64,000 nt of DNA, taken from contig CAWHCQ010000004.1 in the NCBI GenBank assembly GCA_963827755.1, positions 110,109-174,108 of the forward strand, given 5' to 3'. The translations under genes were made by a program, and so were the position numbers. Below are positions 10,632-20,460 of the stretch, piece by piece; position 1 is the first letter of the stretch, and every line of letters begins with the position of its first letter. The notes below the pieces were generated by a model. That model saw only the letters and a list, made by a program, of their open reading frames with translations. It had not been told where the DNA came from and ran no database searches. This DNA comes from an uncultured Gammaproteobacteria bacterium (GTDB lineage Bacteria; Pseudomonadota; Gammaproteobacteria; UBA9214).

Positions 10632-11747
10632 ATGGATGATCCTGACAACCAGGCTGCGCGTATTACGCTGGAGGCGGATGCGCTGGTCTGTAACAGCCGC
10701 TGGACCGTCAATACCATCGCCCCCCTGAGTAACTCGCTCGACACCCTGCTGATGCCGAAGGCGATTGCCGTGCGCATCGATGCGGGCGGGATTTCCTCGC
10801 TGGATACGGCGGGTGCCTGGTTGTTGCTGCAAATCAGGCGGCATCTGCAGGCTGCCGGCCGGCAAGTGCGTTTTGAGGGACTTGCTCCGGAGCAGGACCG
10901 CCTGATCGAATTTGTATCCGCTGCAAGCCGCGAAGCCGATCACGCTGCCGCGCCGCGCAGGGCGGCAACTGCCGGGGAGAAAGGGCGGGCAGTGGCCGCT
11001 GACCTTGTCCGTTTCCTCGCGTTTTTCGGCGAGACCATGGTGTCGCTGTTCAGCGCCCTGCGCAGGCCGGGCAAGATTCGCTGGCAGGAAATATTCTCCG
11101 AGGTCCATGAAACCGGTGTCAAGGCGCTGCCGATCATCGGGCTGCTGTCATTCCTGATGGGTGTGGTGTTTGCCTACCTGGGCGCCGTGCAGCTGAAGCT
11201 GTACGGTGCGAATATTTATATAGCCGACATGGTCGGTTATTCAATGTTGCGCGAACTCGCTCCCTTTCTTACTGCCATTCTTGTCTGTGGACGCACCGGG
11301 TCGGCGTTTACCGCGCAGATAGGTACCATGAAGGTGCGCGAAGAGGTCGATGCCCTGCAGACGATCGGCATATCGCCGATCGAGATGCTGGTATTGCCCA
11401 AGTTGCTGGGGCTGTTGCTGGTTATGCCGCTGGCCGCGGTGTATGCCGATATACTTTCCGTGTTCGGTGGCATGGTGATGGCAAACGCGCAGCTTGGACT
11501 TGGATTTGGCGCCTTTATAGGACGGCTTGAAGAGGCGATCACCTATACAACCTTCATGCTCGGCCTTTGCAAGACGCCCGTGTTCGCGGCGATTATCGCC
11601 ATTGTCGGCTGTTACCAGGGGTTTCGCGTGATGGGTAGTGCGGAGAGCGTCGGCAGGCGTACGACTATCAGTGTTGTGCAGTCGATGTTCCTGGTGATTG
11701 TAACCGACGCGTTGTTTTCGGTGCTCTTCAGCATCATTGGAGTGTAG
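10632..11747 (+). CDS. MlaE-family ABC permease with N-terminal STAS domain
   Basis: LDTAGAWLL (STAS), RELAPFLTA, GRTGSAFTAQIGTMKVREEVDAL. Confidence 0.9.
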   Translation: MDDPDNQAARITLEADALVCNSRWTVNTIAPLSNSLDTLLMPKAIAVRIDAGGISSLDTAGAWLLLQIRRHLQAAGRQVRFEGLAPEQDRLIEFVSAASREADHAAAPRRAATAGEKGRAVAADLVRFLAFFGETMVSLFSALRRPGKIRWQEIFSEVHETGVKALPIIGLLSFLMGVVFAYLGAVQLKLYGANIYIADMVGYSMLRELAPFLTAILVCGRTGSAFTAQIGTMKVREEVDALQTIGISPIEMLVLPKLLGLLLVMPLAAVYADILSVFGGMVMANAQLGLGFGAFIGRLEEAITYTTFMLGLCKTPVFAAIIAIVGCYQGFRVMGSAESVGRRTTISVVQSMFLVIVTDALFSVLFSIIGV

Positions 11748-11752
11748 CGGCA

Positions 11753-12574
11753 ATGGCGCCAGGTCAGTCGGGAGGACCGGTTGCGGAGACTGCAGATTCC
11801 AGTGATGCGGTCATCAGTATTCGCGGACTCCGGACCGCGTTCGGCCCCCGCGTTATCCATGACGGTATCGATCTCGATGTCTATCGCGGCGAGGTACTGG
11901 CGCTGGTGGGGGGCAGCGGCAGCGGCAAGACCGTCTTGTTGCGCGAAATGATCATGCTGCATCAAATGAACGCAGGCTCCATCCGCCTGTTCGGCACCTC
12001 GATTACCGGAATATCCGGGCATATGGCGCAGCAGCTGCGCAGCCGGATCGGTGTGCTGTTTCAGCAGGGGGCCTTGTTCAGCAGCCTGACCGTACTGGAG
12101 AATGTCGGTTTCCCGTTGCGCGAACATACGCATCTCGATAAAAGCGTGATCGATTCACTGGCGCGCGTGAAGATAGTCCAGGCCGGTCTGCAGCCTGAGG
12201 CCGGCCCGCTCTATCCGAGTGAGCTGAGTGGTGGCATGATCAAGCGGGCTGCGCTGGCGCGGGCGATGGTGCTGGATCCGGAGCTGCTGTTCCTCGATGA
12301 ACCGACTTCCGGGCTCGATCCCAACAGCGCCGGTTCTTTTGACGAGCTGGTTCTGAAGCTCAAGGACCTGCTCGGACTGACCATCGTGATGGTAACTCAT
12401 GACCTTGATTCCCTGTGGACGGTTGCAGATCGGGTTGCGGTGCTTGGTGGTGGTAAACTCCAGGGAGTCGACTCCATGCAGGTGTTGTCTTCATCAACGG
12501 AACCGCATATCCGCGAATATTTTCAAGGCCCGCGTGCCCGTAATGCGCAGGAGCGCAAATGGAAAGGAAAGTAA
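11753..12574 (+). CDS. MlaF-type ABC ATP-binding protein
   Basis: GGSGSGKT, LSGGM, LFLDEPTSGLDP, VTHDL. Confidence 0.92.
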   Translation: MAPGQSGGPVAETADSSDAVISIRGLRTAFGPRVIHDGIDLDVYRGEVLALVGGSGSGKTVLLREMIMLHQMNAGSIRLFGTSITGISGHMAQQLRSRIGVLFQQGALFSSLTVLENVGFPLREHTHLDKSVIDSLARVKIVQAGLQPEAGPLYPSELSGGMIKRAALARAMVLDPELLFLDEPTSGLDPNSAGSFDELVLKLKDLLGLTIVMVTHDLDSLWTVADRVAVLGGGKLQGVDSMQVLSSSTEPHIREYFQGPRARNAQERKWKGK

Positions 12575-13440
12575 ATTACGCAGTGGTCGGATTGTTTGTC
12601 ATCCTGCTGGGAGCTGCCTTTCTGGCGATCAGCCTGTGGCTGGCGGTCGGCGAATTTTCCGGAAATTTCACCCGTTATCACGTGTTTGTGGATGAATCGG
12701 TATCGGGTCTCTACCGGGATGCGCCGGTTAAGTATCGTGGCGTGGAAATCGGCAAGGTGCGGGAGATCGAACTGAACCCGCTGGTGCCGGACCAGGTGCA
12801 ACTCACGCTTGATATAAAGTCCAATGTTCCTATCAGGCAGGATACTGTCGCGTTGCTCACCGTGCAGGGCCTGACCGGTGTTGCCTTCATCGACCTGACC
12901 GGGGGAAGTCTGGCTTCACCATCCCTGGAAGCGGAAGCTGACCAGATTTACCCGGTCATAAAGAGCGGCCCGTCTTTTTTTTCCAGGCTTGATGAATCAG
13001 GCAGTGACCTGATTAAAAACCTGAATGTACTGACCAAAGGCATCACGGAGTTGCTTGATGAAGAAGAAAGGCAGGCGATCAAACAGACCATTCGAAATAT
13101 CAGGGATATCACGGCCGAGTTGGCCGGTAACAGGGATGACCTCGGGACGGGCATGGCTCGTATGCCGGGGCTGCTGGAACAGATCGATGTAACCGCCCGG
13201 GAATTCGAGCAGATGGCCAGGAAGGTGGCCGTGACCAGTGAAAACATCAACCGTTATATCGGCAGCAGCGGCGCGGGCGTGCAACAATTCAGCCAGCAGA
13301 CCCTGCCGGAATTCGCGGCGCTCATCGGCGAACTGCGCCGGCTGGCGGATACCATGCAGGGTCTTGGCCAGAAGCTCGAGGAAGACCCGCGCGTGCTGCT
13401 CTACGGGCGTACTCTCGAAGTTCCGGGACCGGGGGAATAA
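12559..13440 (+). CDS. MlaD/MCE family protein
   Basis: N-terminal TM, VSGL...PVKYRGVEIGKV MCE motif, helical tail. Confidence 0.9.
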   Translation: MERKVNYAVVGLFVILLGAAFLAISLWLAVGEFSGNFTRYHVFVDESVSGLYRDAPVKYRGVEIGKVREIELNPLVPDQVQLTLDIKSNVPIRQDTVALLTVQGLTGVAFIDLTGGSLASPSLEAEADQIYPVIKSGPSFFSRLDESGSDLIKNLNVLTKGITELLDEEERQAIKQTIRNIRDITAELAGNRDDLGTGMARMPGLLEQIDVTAREFEQMARKVAVTSENINRYIGSSGAGVQQFSQQTLPEFAALIGELRRLADTMQGLGQKLEEDPRVLLYGRTLEVPGPGE

Positions 13441-13443
13441 ACG

Positions 13444-14058
13444 ATGACAGTAATGAGAGGCCTGCTCTGTTTTCTCGCAATTACCGGCTTGCTGACCGGC
13501 TGCTCGATATTGCCGAAGCCCGCACCGGTCGGCATCGACCAGTATCTGCTTGAGTATACATCCACCCCGCAGGTAACCCGGCAGATCCCGAAGGACGCCC
13601 CGGTGATCCTGATTGCCGTCCCCAGGGCGCACGGTGGTTATGACACCCCGCGCATTGCCTATATGCGGGAAGATTATGGCTTGCGCTATTACACCCGCAG
13701 TCGCTGGGCAGATACCCCGGCGCGCATGCTTGCCCCCTTGCTGGCGGATGCCGTGCAGGCGAGCGGCCAGTTTCACGCCTTGTATGCGACACCGGGTTCG
13801 CTTGCCGCGGATATGCGGCTCGATACAGAGCTGGTTCGTTTCCACCAGGATTTCAGGAAGCAACCCAGCGAAATGCACATTACCATGCGCGCACAGCTCA
13901 TTGATCTTGACAAGGGCAGGGTCATTGCCACCTGGCTTGTCGATCGAACCGCGCAGGCGGATACGGATAACGCCTATGGCGGTGTCGTCGCGGCGAACCG
14001 GCTGCTTGGCCAGGTACTGGATGAGCTGGCACGCTTTTGCGTAAGCAACCGGCCATGA
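13444..14058 (+). CDS. ABC-type transport auxiliary lipoprotein (PqiC-like)
   Basis: Lipobox LTGC; RWADTPARML; last gene of the MCE operon. Confidence 0.85.
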   Translation: MTVMRGLLCFLAITGLLTGCSILPKPAPVGIDQYLLEYTSTPQVTRQIPKDAPVILIAVPRAHGGYDTPRIAYMREDYGLRYYTRSRWADTPARMLAPLLADAVQASGQFHALYATPGSLAADMRLDTELVRFHQDFRKQPSEMHITMRAQLIDLDKGRVIATWLVDRTAQADTDNAYGGVVAANRLLGQVLDELARFCVSNRP

Positions 14059-14080
14059 TTGCCTGCGGGGTGCTGCCGCC

Positions 14081-14806
14081 ATGTTAGGCAGCATTCGCGT
14101 GGTGCTGGTAAACACCAGCCACCCGGGAAATATCGGCGCGGCTGCACGGGCCATGAAGACCATGGGTCTGACGCGGTTATCTCTCGTCAAACCGGCACGC
14201 TACCCTGATGCGGAAGCAACCGCGCGCTCCTCCGGTGCAAATGATGTGCTGGCAAATGCACCTGTTTATGAAGATGTAGACGAGGCGTTGCAGGGTTGCC
14301 GTTTCGTGGTTGGCGCCAGTGCGCGCTCACGCAGTATCCCGGTCCCGCTGGTCGACCCGGGCGAGTGTGCAGCAATGCTGCGTACGGAAAGTGAAACAGC
14401 CGAGGTGGCGCTGCTGTTCGGTTGTGAGCGCGCGGGGCTGAGCAACCCGGAGATTGACCGCTGTAATTACCTGGTGCAGATCCCGACAAGTCCGGCCTAC
14501 AGTTCCCTGAACCTGGCGGCCGCGGTACAGATTATCTGCTACGAAATATTCAAGGCCCATGCCGGCGAATCTGCCCTGCAAGCCCCGCCCGAACATGTAC
14601 CGGTTGCGGCCGATGAAATGGAGCGGTTCTACCGGCATCTCGAAGAGACGCTGGTTGCGCTTGATTTTCTCGATCGATCCAATCCGCGCATGCTGATGCG
14701 CCGCTTGCGCCGTTTATACAACCGCGCGCGTCCTGATGCGAATGAAGTGAATATTCTGCGCGGCATCCTCACGGCGGCCGGGCAGGGCGGTAAACAGAAC
14801 GGCTGA
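14081..14806 (+). CDS. trmJ: tRNA (cytidine/uridine-2'-O)-methyltransferase TrmJ
   Basis: SHPGNIGAAARAMKTMG, YSSLNLAAAVQ, ILRGIL; conserved trmJ-cysE-iscR order. Confidence 0.92.
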   Translation: MLGSIRVVLVNTSHPGNIGAAARAMKTMGLTRLSLVKPARYPDAEATARSSGANDVLANAPVYEDVDEALQGCRFVVGASARSRSIPVPLVDPGECAAMLRTESETAEVALLFGCERAGLSNPEIDRCNYLVQIPTSPAYSSLNLAAAVQIICYEIFKAHAGESALQAPPEHVPVAADEMERFYRHLEETLVALDFLDRSNPRMLMRRLRRLYNRARPDANEVNILRGILTAAGQGGKQNG

Positions 14807-14937
14807 CCGGTTATCCTGTCCATGCAGACCACCTTGGCATACACTGTAGTGCGGCGCAGCATTAATGCCGGAAACAGTTTTATTCGATGCTGGATGGTAT
14901 CTGCACATGTATCCTGACTTGATGCAAGTAAAAGACT

Positions 14938-15768
14938 ATGTTTGACAGAATCCGTGAAGATGTACGCTCGGTATTCGAGCGTGACCCGGCTGCACGTAAT
15001 TCCCTGGACGTATTGACGACCTACCCGGGTATACATGCCGTGTTGTTTCATCGCCTCAATCATGCCCTGTGGATACACGGGTTCAACTGGCTTGCACGTT
15101 TTTTGTCCAATATCCCGCGCTGGTATACGGGTATTGAAATTCATCCGGGTGCGGTAATCGGGCGGCGGTTTTTTATCGATCATGGCATGGGTGTGGTGAT
15201 CGGGGAGACGACCGAGATCGGCGACGACTGCACGCTGTATCACGGGGTTACCCTGGGCGGTACCAGCTGGGACAAGGGCAAGCGCCATCCAACACTGGGA
15301 AACAACGTGGTCATCGGCGCAGGTGCCAAGGTGCTGGGGCCGATTCACATCGGTGATAATTCACGTATCGGGTCCAACGCCGTTGTCCTCAACAGCGTTG
15401 CAGCCGGATCAACCGTGGTCGGTGTACCGGGTCGCCTCGTCACCGCGGCAAAGCCGGCCGGGCCTGTGCCGGTTGATGAAAAGCGCCAGGCGATTGCGAA
15501 GAAAATGGGATTCGATGCCTATGGCGCCACCAGTGACATGCCGGATCCGGTTGCCACGGCAGTGAACGGCATCCTCGACCATATCCATGTCATGGACAAA
15601 CGCATGGAGGAAATGTGCAAGGGCTTAAAAGACATGGGTGCGGAAGTTGGTGATCTCGATTTACCCGATATCGATTCATGCGAATTAAAGCATACAGAAG
15701 ATGAGGGAATAGAGGAGCTCGACACAGGTACCGTCAGGTACAGGACAGGTGAGTCCCCTGATTCTTGA
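14938..15768 (+). CDS. cysE: Serine O-acetyltransferase
   Basis: [35 protein letters not shown]. Confidence 0.96.
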   Translation: MFDRIREDVRSVFERDPAARNSLDVLTTYPGIHAVLFHRLNHALWIHGFNWLARFLSNIPRWYTGIEIHPGAVIGRRFFIDHGMGVVIGETTEIGDDCTLYHGVTLGGTSWDKGKRHPTLGNNVVIGAGAKVLGPIHIGDNSRIGSNAVVLNSVAAGSTVVGVPGRLVTAAKPAGPVPVDEKRQAIAKKMGFDAYGATSDMPDPVATAVNGILDHIHVMDKRMEEMCKGLKDMGAEVGDLDLPDIDSCELKHTEDEGIEELDTGTVRYRTGESPDS

Positions 15769-15823
15769 CCTGCCATACTGCATGTGACAGATTGGCGCAG
15801 CAACGTTATGCGGATATAAAATT

Positions 15824-16306
15824 TTGAAACTGACAAGTAAAGGGCGTTACGCCGTAACCGCGATACTCGATCTGGCTTTTCATTCGGGAGCGGGCCCGGT
15901 TTCGCTGTCTGAAATTTCAAAACGTCAGGATATTTCACTGTCCTACCTGGAGCAGCTGTTTACCCGTTTGCGCAAGCAACAGATTGTAAGCAGTACGCGT
16001 GGTCCGGGGGGAGGCTACGTCCTGCAGCGGCCACCCGGGCAGATTGCAGTCGCGGATGTGATTTCAGCCGTTGATGAAATTGTCGCCACGGGATGTGCCA
16101 ACGAGGGAGATTGCAGGGATGGCGAACAATGTCTGGCACACGAGTTATGGGTTGAGCTCAGCCAGCAAATTCACGGCTTTCTTGATGGCATCAGCATTCA
16201 GGACCTGATGGATGAGGGCAGTATCCAGCAGGTTGCCCGGCGCCAGGACGGCGAATCCGGCAACGATCCCGGTGTCCAGGTAACCAGCCCCCCGGGGCGC
16301 CGCTAG
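15824..16306 (+). CDS. iscR: Rrf2-family Fe-S regulator IscR
   Basis: KLTSKGRYAVTA, SLSYLEQLF, RGPGGGY, Cys-x5-Cys-x5-Cys-x2-His ligands; TTG start. Confidence 0.88.
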   Translation: MKLTSKGRYAVTAILDLAFHSGAGPVSLSEISKRQDISLSYLEQLFTRLRKQQIVSSTRGPGGGYVLQRPPGQIAVADVISAVDEIVATGCANEGDCRDGEQCLAHELWVELSQQIHGFLDGISIQDLMDEGSIQQVARRQDGESGNDPGVQVTSPPGRR

Positions 16307-16475
16307 TCACAGTCAGCACCCGGGCGCCTGGTTCCAGGCTGAAAAACCCGGTTTTCGAGCATTATTTACCCTGTTTGTGATCCACATCACACCCGTCTGT
16401 GTACCAGTTCACGGCGAATCAGCGGGCACTGCCGATAAGATAATCACCAATGAAACACAAATGCAGGTGATCGAC

Positions 16476-16631
16476 ATGCACAAATGGTTCGTAATTCTGG
16501 CAGTGGTTTTTTTTATGGGTGACCCGAGCCTGGGCTTTCTGGAGTACATTCAGAACGGCAGGGATTACCTGATTGCAATCACGGTTTCCCTTTTTGCCGC
16601 TCCCTGGGTTATTGCACATCTTGATAACTGA
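16476..16631 (+). CDS. Small hypothetical membrane protein (51 aa)
   Basis: Two hydrophobic segments (MHKWFVILAVVFF...; YLIAITVSLFAAPWVI); RBS-like AGGTG. Confidence 0.55.
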   Translation: MHKWFVILAVVFFMGDPSLGFLEYIQNGRDYLIAITVSLFAAPWVIAHLDN

Positions 16632-16738
16632 CCTTGACGGTTGAAGGCACCGACCCCGACATCCGTGTGGTTTCCTCTTTCGCCGGCCCTGTTGTCAGTA
16701 ACAGGGCCGGCATCTTCATGCAGACACCAGTACCCTGT

Positions 16739-17509
16739 TCATGCGACACAAGACATAGCCGCAACCTGTACGCAAATGCACGGACTTGCGAAGCGCTTGC
16801 AATGTCCGGATCTTAACCCGATGGGACCTCGGTCATCCTGCGGGAGCGGGTATGCCGGTGCTTTCGCGCGGGCCACGCCCGTAGGTGGTAAGGGCCGACG
16901 TACCCATAATTGCACGCTGCATGCTTTCACCCACACCAGCAAACGATTATTGACCGGCATCTCGTGGTCTGCCTTCAGGTGCATACCATTGACGCCGGCA
17001 AGCGCATCGAGGTCCTCGAAATTACGCAGCCCACTCAAGGGATCGCGGTCCTTTAGCCAGTGTTCAAAACGCTCATTACTGGCGCTGGTGAAGTGCCCCT
17101 GGTAGTTAAATGGCCCGTACAGGCAGAAGCTTCCACCACCAGCCAGCAGCCTGCCGATACCGCGGAACATATCCTCGACCGCAGACCAGGCCATGATGTG
17201 CGCGGTATTGGCGCTGAATATTCCGTCGTAAACGGTTTCCGGCCACGGACCCCGGGTGACATCGAGTGACAGCGGTGGCAGCACATTATCCAGGGCGGCC
17301 TCAGCCCGCCATGCACTGATGCTGGCATGGTTGCATGCCATGTCACTTGTTTGCCAGGTCAGGTGGGGGAGTTGACTGGAGAAATAAACGGCATGTTGCC
17401 CGGTGCCGCTGCCGATTTCGAGCACTCGGCGGGAGTCTGCAAACTCATCGCGAATAATGCCGAGGATAGGCGTCCTGTTTTGTTCGCAGGCTTCAGAGTA
17501 CTGCTTCAT
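16739..17509 (-). CDS. DUF938 SAM-dependent methyltransferase
   Basis: VLEIGSGTGQHA, YGPFNYQG, MPVNNRLLVW. The last ~55 aa look like a non-conserved extension. Confidence 0.88.
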   Translation of the reverse strand: MKQYSEACEQNRTPILGIIRDEFADSRRVLEIGSGTGQHAVYFSSQLPHLTWQTSDMACNHASISAWRAEAALDNVLPPLSLDVTRGPWPETVYDGIFSANTAHIMAWSAVEDMFRGIGRLLAGGGSFCLYGPFNYQGHFTSASNERFEHWLKDRDPLSGLRNFEDLDALAGVNGMHLKADHEMPVNNRLLVWVKACSVQLWVRRPLPPTGVARAKAPAYPLPQDDRGPIGLRSGHCKRFASPCICVQVAAMSCVA

Positions 17510-17547
17510 TGTTCAGGCACCGGGGGAATTTCAGCATGAAAGCGGGC

Positions 17548-17575
17548 CAGGCCGGCCTCATGCGAAGCCGGCCTG
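17548..17575 (-). terminator. GC-rich hairpin downstream of hsp20
   Basis: 9-bp inverted repeat CAGGCCGGC/GCCGGCCTG; weak U tract. Confidence 0.35.
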
Positions 17576-17591
17576 CCGGTACACAAGGGTG

Positions 17592-18020
17592 TTACCTGAC
17601 AGTAATCTTCCTGGGTTCAGGCTTTTCCTGTTTCGGAATGCCGATTTCAAGCACGCCATCCGTCACAGTTGCACTGATGGCCTCTGCGTTGACAGTATCC
17701 GGAAGGGTGAACTGTCTGACGAAGCTGCCATGGCTGCGTTCCCTGCGGCGATAGGTTTCAGCGTTTTCCCCGCTATCGATGGTGCGTTCGCCCTTCACGG
17801 TCAGGACACTGTCTTCGAGCGAGATGTCGATATTCTCGCGCGCAACGCCCGGGATATCCGCTGCCAGGACATAGCGGTTTTCCTCCTCGCGTATATCCAC
17901 GGCGGGAGTCCAGTCATGTGCCTGGTTTGCCGCCTCGGCACGGGTGTTGGAAAAGTACCGGTTCAGTTCGTTATCAAACTGCTGAAACAGGTTAGCGGGT
18001 TTGTAATGGACTAAAGACAT
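17592..18020 (-). CDS. Hsp20/alpha-crystallin small heat-shock protein
   Basis: WTPAVDIRE, ADIPGV, GSFVRQFTLP, DGVLEIGIPK; RBS AGGAGG before ATG 18020. Confidence 0.95.
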   Translation of the reverse strand: MSLVHYKPANLFQQFDNELNRYFSNTRAEAANQAHDWTPAVDIREEENRYVLAADIPGVARENIDISLEDSVLTVKGERTIDSGENAETYRRRERSHGSFVRQFTLPDTVNAEAISATVTDGVLEIGIPKQEKPEPRKITVR

Positions 18021-18069
18021 GATGCTGCCTCCTTGAATAAATTGATTGTCACCATTGACATAGTCTCTA

Positions 18070-18096
18070 GATAGGGGCGTCGCAGGATATTTCAAG
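18070..18096 (-). promoter_or_regulatory. sigma32 (RpoH) promoter of hsp20
   Basis: Minus strand CTTGAA-N13-CCCCTAT, close to the consensus CTTGAA-N13/14-CCCCATNT, ~50 nt upstream of the ATG. Confidence 0.8.
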
Positions 18097-18306
18097 TGGG
18101 GGCAGGTATCTTTTTATCGCCCGAATGCCACGGTGTTGATCTCCGGCTGCAAAAAGGCCATCAATGACGGGTGAGGCGGCGGTTGTGGCCCGGGTTATCG
18201 AATATATAAAGTACGCGGAGGGGCTTGCGGGCTCCTGGAGGTGGCCACACATCCCGCGGCCTGGATCACCGGCACCTGTCGGCTTGTGCGCCGTGCGGTT
18301 CCCGTT

Positions 18307-18717
18307 TCAAGAGGGCCGCTTTTCAAGGACTGATTGCAGATACGCCTGCAGTCCCTTGCGGGTGGTCTTGTCCATGTGGATGAATTTTACACCCACGTGA
18401 AAATCGTCCTGGGCAAGGCGTACAAAGTGTACCAGGCTTGCGTTACATTTCACCGCGAGCGCTGCGAGGTCCGGTCGCGGCAACTCGAAATGTATTTCGA
18501 CCATAACACCCGTTACATGGTCGGGTGTTCTCATGTCTTCAGGGAGGATGTCATAAATCATATGACGGCCACAGGAGAATTTCAGCCCGTCCTCGGACAA
18601 GTCGCGTATGTAAGCAGTTGAAAGTTCACCACCCGGAAGACCCACGACGCAGTGAATCCCGGTTTCAATGCGGGGGTATTTTCTTTCAATCCACAGGTGT
18701 TGTTTATATGTTTTCAT
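18307..18717 (-). CDS. PilZ domain protein
   Basis: ERKYPR (RxxxR), DLSEDG (DxSxxG), VGVKF. Confidence 0.85.
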   Translation of the reverse strand: MKTYKQHLWIERKYPRIETGIHCVVGLPGGELSTAYIRDLSEDGLKFSCGRHMIYDILPEDMRTPDHVTGVMVEIHFELPRPDLAALAVKCNASLVHFVRLAQDDFHVGVKFIHMDKTTRKGLQAYLQSVLEKRPS

Positions 18718-19052
18718 GCCTTATATGTAACGCTGCATGCCAGGCAGAATGGCGCGCATCACTCATCAGAAAAGCTGTATATTCCGTCCGGGAAAAGAGG
18801 AATTATGCCCTGGCATTATCTCTTTAGTCGTTCATGCATGCAATTATGCCATTGCCCTGGCTGAGATTTTTAGCGGCCCGTCCCCGGCCGGTGATGAAGA
18901 CGCGTTCAGGTTGGCCGGGATAGTATGTCACCATGGCTATCATGCAGGCAGGTAAAAAATGGCCGGGCAAGCGGCCAGGGCGCTGGAAGCCTGCAAATGA
19001 AACTAATCGTTTCATGCAGGTTCATAAGAAAGAATCGAGTGGAATCAGAAGA

Positions 19053-20459
19053 ATGGTGAGAACATATTTTCCCGTTGTGTCCCGTTGCGCCGGCCTGTGC
19101 CTGGTGTTGTTGCTGACGGCATGCGCGACAGCGAATCAGCGCATCGCGATTGAAACCCCTTTGCCCGGGGCATTTTCCAGGTCAGGAGAATTACCACTGG
19201 CGGATAACTGGTGGGAACTGTTTGCCGACGACGACCTGAACACCCTTATGGACACCGCGCTGCGTGACAATCTTTCCCTGCGCGCCACCTGGGACCGCCT
19301 TGCCCAGGCCGATGCCATCGCCCGCCGTGACGGGGCAGCGCGCCTGCCCGCCGTCGACCTGGACGGCTCGGCAGAGCAGGTGCGAGGTGAAGATATCGCC
19401 ACCACCAGGGACTATGCAACAGGCGTGGCGGCCTCCTATGAAGTGGATCTCTGGGGCCGGGTACGCTCGACCGCTCAGGCTGCGCAGCTTGATGCCCGGG
19501 CTGTTGCGGCGGCGCTGGACACCGCTGCCATTTCCCTGTCCGCCGAGGTGGCCGGCAGCTGGTACCAGCTGGTGGAACAGCGCGGACAGCTCGCGTTGCT
19601 GGCGCAACAGGCCGCCTATAATGAACGGGTGGAGGAACTTGTTACCCTGCGTTTTCGCATGGGGCAGGCGCAGGCCGCAGATGTGCTGCGCCAGCGTCAA
19701 CTGGTGGAGCAGACGCTCGGTGACAGCGAAGACGTGCGCGCACAAATCATGGTGCTGGAACATCAGCTGGCGGTGTTGCTGGGCAAGGCGCCCGGCAGCA
19801 TGATCTTCTCCGCCCGTGAGACACTGGATGCCTTGCCGGTCTTGCCGAATACAGGGCTGCCGCTTGAATTGATTGAACGCCGCCCGGACATTCGCGAGGC
19901 CTTCTACCGGGTATATGCAGCTGATGCGCGCCTGGCAGCCGCCATTGCGGATCGCTATCCGCGCATTGATTTAACAGCCGGCATCAACTCCATGGCGACG
20001 ACCCCGGGCGACCTGTTCTCCACCTGGCTTGCCAGCCTGGCCGCCCGGTTTGCTGTTCCGCTGTTCGATGCCGGTCGCCGGGTGGCGGAAGTGGACCGCA
20101 ACCGTGCCGCTGTATCGGAGCAGCTGAATGCCTACGAGAATACCGTGCTGCTGGCCTTGCAGGACGTCGAAGATGCACTGGCGCAGGAGACCGGGCAGCA
20201 TAAATTAATCGCGAGCCTGGAACGCCGCCTGCAGCTGGCGGATGAAGTGATCCTGCGCCTGCGCGATCGTTACATCCAGGGCGCCACGGATTATCTCGAT
20301 ATCCTCGACACCCTGGTCAACCAGCAGGACCTGGCGCGTCGCCTGTTGACCGCGCGGCGCGAGTTGCTGGATTTTCGTATCAACCTGGCACGCGCCCTGG
20401 CGGGTGGCTGGGATTTGCAACGCCCGCAACCGCGGCGGCTGGTGGAGGCGGGTGTCTGA
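19053..20459 (+). CDS. RND efflux outer-membrane lipoprotein (NodT/OprM type)
   Basis: Lipobox LTAC, YEVDLWGRVR, RRPDIREA, PLFDAG. Confidence 0.92.
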   Translation: MVRTYFPVVSRCAGLCLVLLLTACATANQRIAIETPLPGAFSRSGELPLADNWWELFADDDLNTLMDTALRDNLSLRATWDRLAQADAIARRDGAARLPAVDLDGSAEQVRGEDIATTRDYATGVAASYEVDLWGRVRSTAQAAQLDARAVAAALDTAAISLSAEVAGSWYQLVEQRGQLALLAQQAAYNERVEELVTLRFRMGQAQAADVLRQRQLVEQTLGDSEDVRAQIMVLEHQLAVLLGKAPGSMIFSARETLDALPVLPNTGLPLELIERRPDIREAFYRVYAADARLAAAIADRYPRIDLTAGINSMATTPGDLFSTWLASLAARFAVPLFDAGRRVAEVDRNRAAVSEQLNAYENTVLLALQDVEDALAQETGQHKLIASLERRLQLADEVILRLRDRYIQGATDYLDILDTLVNQQDLARRLLTARRELLDFRINLARALAGGWDLQRPQPRRLVEAGV

Positions 20460-20460
20460 C

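Noticed and set aside
16739-16915. Extra C-terminal domain on the DUF938 methyltransferase
   Set aside because: It looks like read-through into intergenic DNA containing a hairpin (16781-16808).
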